Shown here: in pieces, positions 27,778 through 35,431 of the stretch | How positions within the stretch are numbered: the stretch's first letter is position 1 | Layout: each line of letters begins with the position of its first letter | Origin: an uncultured archaeon | GTDB taxonomy: Archaea > Asgardarchaeota > Lokiarchaeia > Sigyniarchaeales > SOKP01 | Direction: 5' to 3' | DNA: 35,431 bases | Assembly (NCBI GenBank): GCA_964388035.1 | Contig: CAYLZE010000027.1 | Coordinates: 14,414-49,844 of the forward strand | Position numbers and translations under genes: made by a program | Notes under the pieces: generated by a model | Databases searched by the model: none | What the model saw: only the letters and a program-made list of their open reading frames with translations | Told to the model about the DNA's origin: nothing

Positions 27778-28707
27778 ATGGGAAAGGTATATAAAAATAT
27801 TATTGAAACGATTGGAAATACCCCCTTAGTGAAAATAAATAAATTAGCGGAGGGTCTTGAACCAAACCTCTATGCTAAACTCGAATATTTCAATCCTGGG
27901 GGAAGCGTGAAGGATAGAATTGGGATGGCGATGATCGAGAAGGCAGAAGAGGAGGGATTGATTAATGCTAATTCGAAGATTGTGGAGCCCACCTCAGGAA
28001 ACACGGGAATCGGTCTGGCCTTAGTCTGTGCTGCGAAAGGGTATGCCTTAACCATCATCATGCCGGAATCTGTTTCTATTGAGCGAAGGAAGGTCTTGAA
28101 AGCATTAGGAGCGGAATTAATCCTAACTCCTGCTGAAGGGGGAATGCAAGCAACTATTTCAAAAGCAGAAGAATTGGCAAAAGAAGATAATAACGTCTAT
28201 ATTCCTCAGCAATTTAAGAATAATGCAAATCCCGAAATTCATCGTAAGACTACTGCCAAAGAAATATTTAATGACTTGGATGGAAAAGTTGACGGGTTTG
28301 TGGCAGGGGTAGGTACTGGAGGAACCATCACGGGCGTGGGGGAAATTCTAAAACAAAAAGTTGGTCCGCGTATTAAAATCTATGCTGTCGAACCCAAAAA
28401 CTCCGCTGTGCTGAGCGGGGAAGCACCGGGGAAACATAAAATTCAAGGAATAGGTGCGGGATTTATCCCAGAAGTCCTCAATACGAAGATTTATGATAAA
28501 ATCATTCAAGTAGAATACAAAGACGCCGTGGAGGTTGCCAGAAAATTAGCAAGTCAAGAAGGTATTTTTGCGGGAATCTCCTCCGGAGCTATCGCTTGGG
28601 CTGCCATTAACGTGGCGGCAAAAGACTTTAAAATAGGTGAAAATCTGGTGTTTATGATTTGCGATTGGGGCGAAAGATATCTTTCTACGGATTTATTCGA
28701 TATTTAG
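27778..28707 (+). CDS. cysK: Cysteine synthase A (O-acetylserine sulfhydrylase)
   Basis: IGNTPLV, KLEYFNPGGSVKDR, EPTSGNTGIG, GVGTGGT, HKIQGIGAGFIP and GERYLST motifs. Confidence 0.97.
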   Translation: MGKVYKNIIETIGNTPLVKINKLAEGLEPNLYAKLEYFNPGGSVKDRIGMAMIEKAEEEGLINANSKIVEPTSGNTGIGLALVCAAKGYALTIIMPESVSIERRKVLKALGAELILTPAEGGMQATISKAEELAKEDNNVYIPQQFKNNANPEIHRKTTAKEIFNDLDGKVDGFVAGVGTGGTITGVGEILKQKVGPRIKIYAVEPKNSAVLSGEAPGKHKIQGIGAGFIPEVLNTKIYDKIIQVEYKDAVEVARKLASQEGIFAGISSGAIAWAAINVAAKDFKIGENLVFMICDWGERYLSTDLFDI

Positions 28708-28770
28708 ATATTTTTCCATTTCCTTTTGCTTATCTTAAAAATTTTCGACATTAAATGACAATATGAATAT

Positions 28771-29439
28771 CTAAAATTCCCCTAAAGGGATTTTACCTTC
28801 ATAAAAAAGGGATTCTCCATCGAATCTTATTTGAATGCAATATATTTTAATATGTTTTTCTCTAGCTTTATGGAGAGCTTCTGAGAATTTGGCATCCATT
28901 TTTGTATTTGGCATGAATTCCCTTGCCCTTCGAAAAATTAAAAAAAGAAGCATTCCTTGGTATTCAATAATTTCCTTAACGTGCCGTGTACCCCTCTCTG
29001 TAGGTGCATCGGGAAATAATGCTATCCTTTTTTCCACTAAAGTGACTCCTTTCACTTCCAAAGGGGTACCATCCAGCATGAAATCAATCCTACTATTTCC
29101 AAGCGGCACTTCTTTACGTATTTCCTTTATGTTTGAAAATTCAGGTAAAAACGAAAAGAGAATTCTCGCTATTTTAGAATGTTGGGCGGAATCGATAAGG
29201 ATCCATTTCTCCTCTTTTTTAACTGCTTTTATGTAATACTTTAACTTTCCTCTTGAATGGGTAAATAACACTTCTGCCCCCTTGATCAATAATTCTTTTA
29301 AACGTCCCGGATCGTGCACGTGTGCTAATTCTCTCTTTCCATCATGCTGGATTTCTGCTACAAATCGGTTAGGTCTCGTTAAAAATATCCCCTTTTTCAA
29401 ATAGGGAATTTTATAAAGAAGCTGCTTGGTGTCTTTCAT
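28771..29439 (-). CDS. sfsA: DNA/RNA nuclease SfsA (sugar fermentation stimulation protein)
   Basis: RPNRF, AHVHDPGRLKELL, SRIDF..EVKGVTL and FPDAPTERG.RH motifs. Confidence 0.95.
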   Translation of the reverse strand: MKDTKQLLYKIPYLKKGIFLTRPNRFVAEIQHDGKRELAHVHDPGRLKELLIKGAEVLFTHSRGKLKYYIKAVKKEEKWILIDSAQHSKIARILFSFLPEFSNIKEIRKEVPLGNSRIDFMLDGTPLEVKGVTLVEKRIALFPDAPTERGTRHVKEIIEYQGMLLFLIFRRAREFMPNTKMDAKFSEALHKAREKHIKIYCIQIRFDGESLFYEGKIPLGEF

Positions 29440-29633
29440 GATCTTATATCTCTAATTGAAGAAAATTTAAAGAAAAATCTTGTTTAACATAATGTTGTAT
29501 TTACTATTAAATCCGTTTTTTATGAATCTTAAATAAACAATTAGAGGGTATTATTTTAGTATTTGATCCAAATTTTCATGTTTATAGAATATAAAGTTAA
29601 TAAATATTAAAGATAATCTCCTTGATTCTCAAG

Positions 29634-29873
29634 ATGAGCATCATAAATAATGGAAATAATCTTGAAAAGCGTAGTTTTCATCACATCGATACGAGCAAAT
29701 GTGCCTCGTGTACTTCTTTCAGCTGTGAAAAAGCTTGTTTTCGGGGAATTTATAAGGTTATTAATAAAGATTCGACACATGAATGCACTATCGTGAAAGA
29801 AAGAGAAGATCGGTGTGTAAAATGCCATCTATGCACTACTGCTTGTAAATATAATGCAATAACTATAGATTAA
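29634..29873 (+). CDS. 4Fe-4S dicluster ferredoxin
   Basis: CASCTSFSCEKAC and CVKCHLCTTAC motifs; ATG at 29634 preferred over TTG at 29622. Confidence 0.85.
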   Translation: MSIINNGNNLEKRSFHHIDTSKCASCTSFSCEKACFRGIYKVINKDSTHECTIVKEREDRCVKCHLCTTACKYNAITID

Positions 29874-29990
29874 ATCTTTTTAACTATATTCTGGGAAAAA
29901 TAATTATTATAAATAATAAATGATTATTTATAAAATATAAATACCATGATTATCTTATATATCTAAAAGAAATAAAAAATTCGATAAAAA

Positions 29991-30530
29991 ATGATTTCTG
30001 AAAAATTGAAATTAGATGATGTGGATCGGAAAATTATTACACTAGTTCAGCAAGATCCTTCCATGACTCACACGGAAATTGCCGAAAAGATTGATAGATC
30101 CCAGCCAACCGTCGGCATGCGCATAAAAAAGTTAGAAAAATCCGGAATTTTACAATTTCAACCGGGTATCAATTTCAGGATGGTCGATCTTCATTTAGCC
30201 ACGGTAGAAATTAAAACCAAGAATCCTCAAGAAGTATTAGATATGGCAAAATATTGTCCATTCATGTTAAATGCTTTTCGCTTGAGTGGGAATTATAACG
30301 TTTGCATTCTAATTGCGAGCTCTCGCTTGGATAAATTGGATAAAATCATAAACTATCATTTCAGGAATAATCCCGATGTTTCCACCGTCGATATGGAAAT
30401 TGTCACCGAAATTGCGAAAGATCTAGTTCTTCCCATAGATTTTGATAGCGAAGATCACGAGCCCACTGAAGAAGATGGATGCGGTGATCGTTGTAAATAT
30501 AGATTAAATAAAAATAGCGAGAAAAAGTAA
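29991..30530 (+). CDS. Lrp/AsnC family transcriptional regulator
   Basis: LDDVDRKII..Q.D...EIAEK..RSQPTV..RIKKLEKSG helix-turn-helix; RAM domain (LSGNYN). Confidence 0.93.
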   Translation: MISEKLKLDDVDRKIITLVQQDPSMTHTEIAEKIDRSQPTVGMRIKKLEKSGILQFQPGINFRMVDLHLATVEIKTKNPQEVLDMAKYCPFMLNAFRLSGNYNVCILIASSRLDKLDKIINYHFRNNPDVSTVDMEIVTEIAKDLVLPIDFDSEDHEPTEEDGCGDRCKYRLNKNSEKK

Positions 30531-30571
30531 TAAAAAAACTCTTAAAATATTTTTTTCGCATTACCAGTAAT

Positions 30572-30895
30572 TCTCTCTCTGAGTTAACCAATTACACGGG
30601 AATTACCTTTCTAATTCAATAAGTATTCGCAGAAAGCGTCATCCAAAGAAAGATGGAAATGTTTGGTGACATTTAAATGGAGAATCCTCAATTTGGAGAA
30701 GTCTTAGAACTCATTGAAAAAATTATTAAAGAATATAAATAGATTATTAAAGAATATGAAGAAATCATACAAAATAAAGATTCTAAAGGATTTGAACGAA
30801 TTTTCTCAGAAGGATTAAATTATTCTAAAGAAGATAAGCATTCTGAAATGTCTTATGATTATTTCTATCGATTCATGAAAATTTTAAAAGAATAA
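30572..30895 (+). pseudogene. Degenerate C-terminal fragment resembling prephenate dehydrogenase (TyrA dimerisation domain)
   Basis: One frame reads SLSELTNYTGITFLIQ*VFAESVIQRKMEMFGDI*MENPQFGEVLELIEKIIKEYK*IIKEYEEIIQNKDSKGFERIFSEG...; three in-frame stops and a 21-nt-period duplication. Confidence 0.6.
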
Positions 30896-30918
30896 AAAAA
30901 AGAGAAAGAAAAAAGGAC

Positions 30919-31308
30919 TTATTCATTGATTTTAGTCCCACACAATGAACAGAATTTAAGGGTTCCGTTGTCTTCTAATTCAGCACCACAATTTGGACAA
31001 AAATGTGGGGCTTCTAAAACAACAGCTTGCTTCATGGGATAAACTAATTGAGTTGCACTTTGATTAGAAGATTGAGTAGTAGCCACTATCGTTGCATTTG
31101 CATTAGATTGAACATGCAATAATAAAGGTTGACACTTTGAACCACAAAAGATGCACCTATCTGCTTTTTTATCTAAATAGACTAAAAGATAAATAAATAA
31201 TCCAAATCCTGCAGTAAATATAAGCAAGAAAATAGCTAACCCAACCCTAAAATCCTCCTTCTTCACGAAGACTTCTTTCATGCAATAAGGACAATAACCT
31301 TTCGACAT
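30919..31308 (-). CDS. LITAF-like zinc-ribbon membrane protein with C-terminal zinc ribbon
   Basis: CPYC-hydrophobic hairpin-CIFC, then a low-complexity linker and FCPNCG...KFCSLCG. Confidence 0.8.
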   Translation of the reverse strand: MSKGYCPYCMKEVFVKKEDFRVGLAIFLLIFTAGFGLFIYLLVYLDKKADRCIFCGSKCQPLLLHVQSNANATIVATTQSSNQSATQLVYPMKQAVVLEAPHFCPNCGAELEDNGTLKFCSLCGTKINE

Positions 31309-31462
31309 TTTTTACAAAACCTCCATTTTCCGTATTTAGATTATATTTCTTGATTAAAGTATGTATTAAGTCATACTAAAATGATCTGGAGACCAATATT
31401 GGAACTAATAGAAAGATAAAAATAAATTAGAAAGAGAAGATATGTTAAAATAATTGAGAATC

Positions 31463-32923
31463 CTAAACGATTCTTAAAATGGTATCTATTTTATCTAAAT
31501 TTTCTTTGGAGATCTCGACGCAGAAATTGCTTTCAATTTTTTCGACATCTAATTTAATGCCATTTGGTTCTAAAATTATTTTCTTAATGCCAGCCCAAAT
31601 GGTTGATTCAAGTTCTATAGTAATGAATTTCTGAATCCCCGTTAAATTTATAACATGTAGAATGCGATCATTAACTTGCTGGCTTCCAATAATCCCAAAA
31701 TTTTCATCATCTAATTTTACCCCTGGAACTTTTTTCCTTTTATAATTCATCGGAATTGCTTCAGTAAACAAATCCCTTCTCGGCTCATACCATTTTCCAA
31801 ACGCCTCTACCTGAGTAGAGGGCTCGGGATATAAGCTTCCATCCATTTGAGAAGGTAACCCAAAGCAATATTTTCCTCCGCTTGCCATGATGATTGCAGC
31901 TATTCTTCCTATTTCAAATGGATCTTCCCGTGGGTTAGGATCAAACCAGTTCTTAGCAGCGGGACCAACGAGCTCCCATGGCATAGTTTTGTTTCTCAAT
32001 TTATTTCCTTGATCCCATGCAGATTCTACTGTATGAGCTTCTCCACTGAGATATTGGCAATATCTCACCTTTTCATTAACGCTGTTATTAAAAGTAAGAA
32101 TGACATTGGGATATTTCTCTTTCATGAGATCCATTATTAAGATGGTCGATCCTTCTCTAATAGCTTCTTTCATGAACCAATCCATCCACATTCCATCGGG
32201 ATCATACTTTTCTATTAATTCACTCAATTGGTTTTTCAAATAAGTTTCATATTTTTCAGGATTGTAATTAAATTGGATATCATTTTCCTCAATCTCTTTC
32301 ATTTTTTTTTTGAAAAAGCGTGTACTATAAGGGCGATCGACTTTAATTTCAAAAGATGGCGGTTGTGAGGGGGCTTGTTTATCGTGGTTCTTAAGTTGCT
32401 CCATTATATGTGCCATTGCTAGTGTAATTATCATTTGAGTAAAACCGAGCGAAAATTTGGCTACTTCTTTTCCATTTTCTCTATGCAATGCGAGGTAAGA
32501 AGGGGTGAATTCTCTAATGGGTTGGATGCTATCAAATTGAGGATTGTGATCAAAAACGCTGGAGTAATAAAACATGAAAGGAATACGTGCTTTTTTACTT
32601 TGTTCGGAGAAAATCTTACAATAATCTTCCGGTGTTTTCCATTCGGTATATTGTGTGTCAAAATAACAGATACCGTCGTGCCATTTTGCTTCAAAAATAT
32701 GATAATCTACTCCAACTCGCTCTGAATAAGCTACCCAATCTTTCATTTTACAGAAAGGGCCATTAAAATTAATTTTCCCATATTCATCCTTCATTGATTC
32801 ATTAAATTTATCAAAATCTCTGTCCCAAATCCACCCGGGTCTCGCTTCAATTTGATACATGATTCCAAATCCGGGTTTCTCCCACCATCTCCTTGTACTT
32901 TTTCTTATTGAAGTTTCATTCAT
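31463..32923 (-). CDS. Alpha-L-fucosidase-like glycoside hydrolase (GH29)
   Basis: WWEKPGFG, EAKWHDG, FMFYYS and QLSELIEKYDPDGMWMDW (nucleophile strand) motifs; C-terminal beta domain. Confidence 0.8.
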   Translation of the reverse strand: MNETSIRKSTRRWWEKPGFGIMYQIEARPGWIWDRDFDKFNESMKDEYGKINFNGPFCKMKDWVAYSERVGVDYHIFEAKWHDGICYFDTQYTEWKTPEDYCKIFSEQSKKARIPFMFYYSSVFDHNPQFDSIQPIREFTPSYLALHRENGKEVAKFSLGFTQMIITLAMAHIMEQLKNHDKQAPSQPPSFEIKVDRPYSTRFFKKKMKEIEENDIQFNYNPEKYETYLKNQLSELIEKYDPDGMWMDWFMKEAIREGSTILIMDLMKEKYPNVILTFNNSVNEKVRYCQYLSGEAHTVESAWDQGNKLRNKTMPWELVGPAAKNWFDPNPREDPFEIGRIAAIIMASGGKYCFGLPSQMDGSLYPEPSTQVEAFGKWYEPRRDLFTEAIPMNYKRKKVPGVKLDDENFGIIGSQQVNDRILHVINLTGIQKFITIELESTIWAGIKKIILEPNGIKLDVEKIESNFCVEISKENLDKIDTILRIV

Positions 32924-33086
32924 CTAATATAATCACTTCGAAAAATGTAATAACATTTGTTTAAAGGGTATATGATTATTAATTGTTTTCGTAAGTAATA
33001 AAGATTCTATTATCGAAATACCTTGAGGATTATTCTACGCCATGATTATCATTTTTTCTGAAAAAATGGCAGACTTTTTAACACTC

Positions 33087-33307
33087 ATATTGAATTAACG
33101 AAATTCGGGTCAAACTTCCAGATGTCCGTAATTCCTTTCATGTTGTCGCTGGTTGCTACCATAATTTTTACATTTAATTATAAAATAACAAAAGAACAAG
33201 CTAAGCAATATACTCAGAGCTTAATAGATAGGACTTATAATGAACTTAATGGAATTAATTTCTTGACCAAGGAATTAGAAATGAAGTATATTTTCAGGAA
33301 AACATGA
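33087..33307 (+). pseudogene. Isolated last-TM fragment resembling an MFS/GPH sugar transporter
   Basis: ELTKFGSNFQMSVIPFMLSLVATIIFTFNYKITKEQAKQ resembles TM12 and tail of MelB-type transporters; the preceding 11 TMs are absent. Confidence 0.5.
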
Positions 33308-35431
33308 AATTTGGAGTTTTTATTTGAACCACTTCATTTTCTGATAAAACAATGGCATGACGATTCTTTAGACGAGAAATCAATTTTAACGTATTTTCAT
33401 CAAGATATTCTCCCGTAATTCGAGTTCTTAAAAAAACCTTTAATCCCGTGGTTTTTGCAAATTCCAGAGTTTCCTCTTGTTGGTCTGCTAAAACTAATGA
33501 TACACCTCTACTCCGGAATTCATTAATAAGATTCGAAAAGATTTGGGTTTGCACATTAAATGTTACCATCTCATCATCATCCACGCTTAATCTCTTAGGA
33601 GGAGGTCCGGAGAGTACGTGTGCTTCATCAATCATGATCAAATTCTTTAAATGATTCGTTTCTTTTGCTCCTAAATGATATCTTATAAGATTGAGAAGAG
33701 CAAAAATTGTGAATCTTTGGATATTTTGAGGCGCTTTTAAATTGATAAAAAAGGATTTTCCCCCTAACCAAGCTTTAAACCAAGGAGGATAGTCATATTC
33801 CTCTTTTAATGAAAATAGTTCCATCAAACCTGTATCCACGAAAGCACTTACTCGATTTTGAATGGCTTGAATGAAGTTATTGGTTAATCTGGCATCATAG
33901 GGTTTCTCTTTCAAATGTTGTATCACTAATTCAAAAAGGGCTTTAATGGTGCTGGGAGGAGAGGAAGTTTTCAGAAGAACATCGTAAATAATAGTTTCGA
34001 GTATATTTTTTAACCCGAGAGAGCCTGCAATGTACTTTGAGGATTCCATGGCCAAAATAGTCTTATCAAGAGGGGATTCTTCTTCATTACAAGGAGGAAA
34101 ATAAGGAATCTTAAAATCTCCAAGCTTTAATATGTCAATTTCCTTATAAAAGTCGTGCTGTCCCGATTTTGTAAGATTAATAACTAAGATACCCACGTCT
34201 TTTCTCGTTCGATTAATTTCTCTAACAATATGTGCTTGTAAGTATGTTTTTCCCGTTCCAGAATTACCTAATAATATGGCCCCCTTGGCAAAATCGTCTA
34301 CTTTAAAATGATAAGGTCTTTTAGTTTCTCGGGAGTTTTCTACAAGATAACCTAATATAATACTATTATCTCGATTTCTATCGGGAGCAAGATAGAGATC
34401 TTCATAATTTTCCGTTTTGGGAATAATCGCTTGAGAAATGGGAAAATCGCTGCAAAATAGAAATTTATTTAACACGATTTTATTGGTCATAATTTTGGTA
34501 TACAGGAAGAGTCTCGGTCTTAGCTCAATAAAGTTGCTTAAATCACGGAAGAGTTCTCCGTTTTTAGTTTTTTCCATAGATAAAAACACCCTCGCCTTTA
34601 CCAAGTAATCACTTGTTAAAGCATTATTTCCATTTTCTTGCCAATTAATAAATTCTAATTGCTGCGCTTGAAAATTCCCTTTATTAGCTATATAAGCATT
34701 AGGATTAAATGAAAGTTTTTTGTTATGAGTCATGGAATTCCAATTTAAAGCCAACTTTTCATAACACACGTAAAGGTCCATGTTCAAGGGAACCTTATTG
34801 CTTAAGGCTTGAAAATATTTGATTATTTCCTCTGAATTATCATTAATTTTAAATTCGAAAAATTTCCTATTAAATTGAATTTTGAAATCCACTTCATTAA
34901 TTTTCAATTCTGTTTCACCTAATTTACTATGTAAGATAAACTCAACTTGCCGAGCTTTCTTCTCCAATTTGCGTTTATTTTTTGAAATAGGAAGCAAGTA
35001 TTTGACATTATACACACCGCTATATGAACTTATATTGAATGCTACCACGTGCGGAAGTTCTAAGAGGAATGTTTGACCTTCTTCAGCACTTTTTACAAAT
35101 ATTTCCGCTAAATAATAGTTCTTCTTAAATAAAGCGACGATTTTATGGAAAAGAATAAAATCTGAACTCATCATCACTCCATTCAGTATTAGGAAAACAA
35201 ATAATGGGATAATGGAAAAGTATGGAATGAGAGTGAGAGAAAGATAAATGAAGATGGAAGACATGAACACATAACTAAGATAAAAATATTTTTTATCTTG
35301 AATAAAATTACAAAAGAGGAGAACTAATAAAGAAAGGAAAATAATCAGATCAAAAGCTATGAAGAGGAAATAGATGGTGATTAGGAAGATGCTTCGGATA
35401 ACTCGAATTCTAAAATAAAATGTTTGTTTAG
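33294..35431 (-). CDS. Membrane-anchored HerA/VirB4/FtsK-superfamily ATPase (DUF87-like), 5' end beyond the window
   Basis: Walker A GNSGTGKT, Walker B IMIDEAH and EFRSRGVSLVLADQ motifs. The frame stays open and hydrophobic from 35270 to the window edge. Confidence 0.85.
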   Translation of the reverse strand, partial: KQTFYFRIRVIRSIFLITIYFLFIAFDLIIFLSLLVLLFCNFIQDKKYFYLSYVFMSSIFIYLSLTLIPYFSIIPLFVFLILNGVMMSSDFILFHKIVALFKKNYYLAEIFVKSAEEGQTFLLELPHVVAFNISSYSGVYNVKYLLPISKNKRKLEKKARQVEFILHSKLGETELKINEVDFKIQFNRKFFEFKINDNSEEIIKYFQALSNKVPLNMDLYVCYEKLALNWNSMTHNKKLSFNPNAYIANKGNFQAQQLEFINWQENGNNALTSDYLVKARVFLSMEKTKNGELFRDLSNFIELRPRLFLYTKIMTNKIVLNKFLFCSDFPISQAIIPKTENYEDLYLAPDRNRDNSIILGYLVENSRETKRPYHFKVDDFAKGAILLGNSGTGKTYLQAHIVREINRTRKDVGILVINLTKSGQHDFYKEIDILKLGDFKIPYFPPCNEEESPLDKTILAMESSKYIAGSLGLKNILETIIYDVLLKTSSPPSTIKALFELVIQHLKEKPYDARLTNNFIQAIQNRVSAFVDTGLMELFSLKEEYDYPPWFKAWLGGKSFFINLKAPQNIQRFTIFALLNLIRYHLGAKETNHLKNLIMIDEAHVLSGPPPKRLSVDDDEMVTFNVQTQIFSNLINEFRSRGVSLVLADQQEETLEFAKTTGLKVFLRTRITGEYLDENTLKLISRLKNRHAIVLSENEVVQIKTPNFMFS

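Noticed and set aside
30572-30895. Stop-codon reassignment explaining the in-frame TAA/TAG codons
   Set aside because: TAA and TAG terminate many bona fide genes in the window; decay is the simpler explanation.

Overview
A low-GC archaeal chromosomal window. Gene content (Roadblock/LC7 protein, EMC6-like and LITAF-like proteins, archaeal RNase P, TgtA, Trm5, RqcH, BHB-intron tRNAs) points to an Asgard archaeon, probably Lokiarchaeia; this is an inference. Most of the window is housekeeping and metabolism: RNase P subunits, RqcH, PyrI, TrpB2, a tRNA-modification operon between two tRNA genes, an Hsp20 pair, cysE-cysK, SfsA, ferredoxin plus Lrp, a GH29 fucosidase and a HerA/VirB4-like ATPase cut by the window edge. 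The most notable signal is missing from the ORF track: a 16-codon ORF (MSTLKLHSWAWHWLWR, 4 Trp codons) 160 nt upstream of trpB2, embedded in a hairpin and followed by a U-tract. It looks like a tryptophan-sensing leader-peptide attenuator in an archaeon. Other notable features are a tRNA-Ile(GAT) with three introns and A54, a tRNA-Arg(TCT) with two introns, a candidate structured RNA in a ~950-nt gene-free gap, a Zn-ribbon-fused CysE, two large unknown proteins divergent from the Roadblock gene, and two gene remnants. All product calls come from motif recognition by eye; no searches were run.
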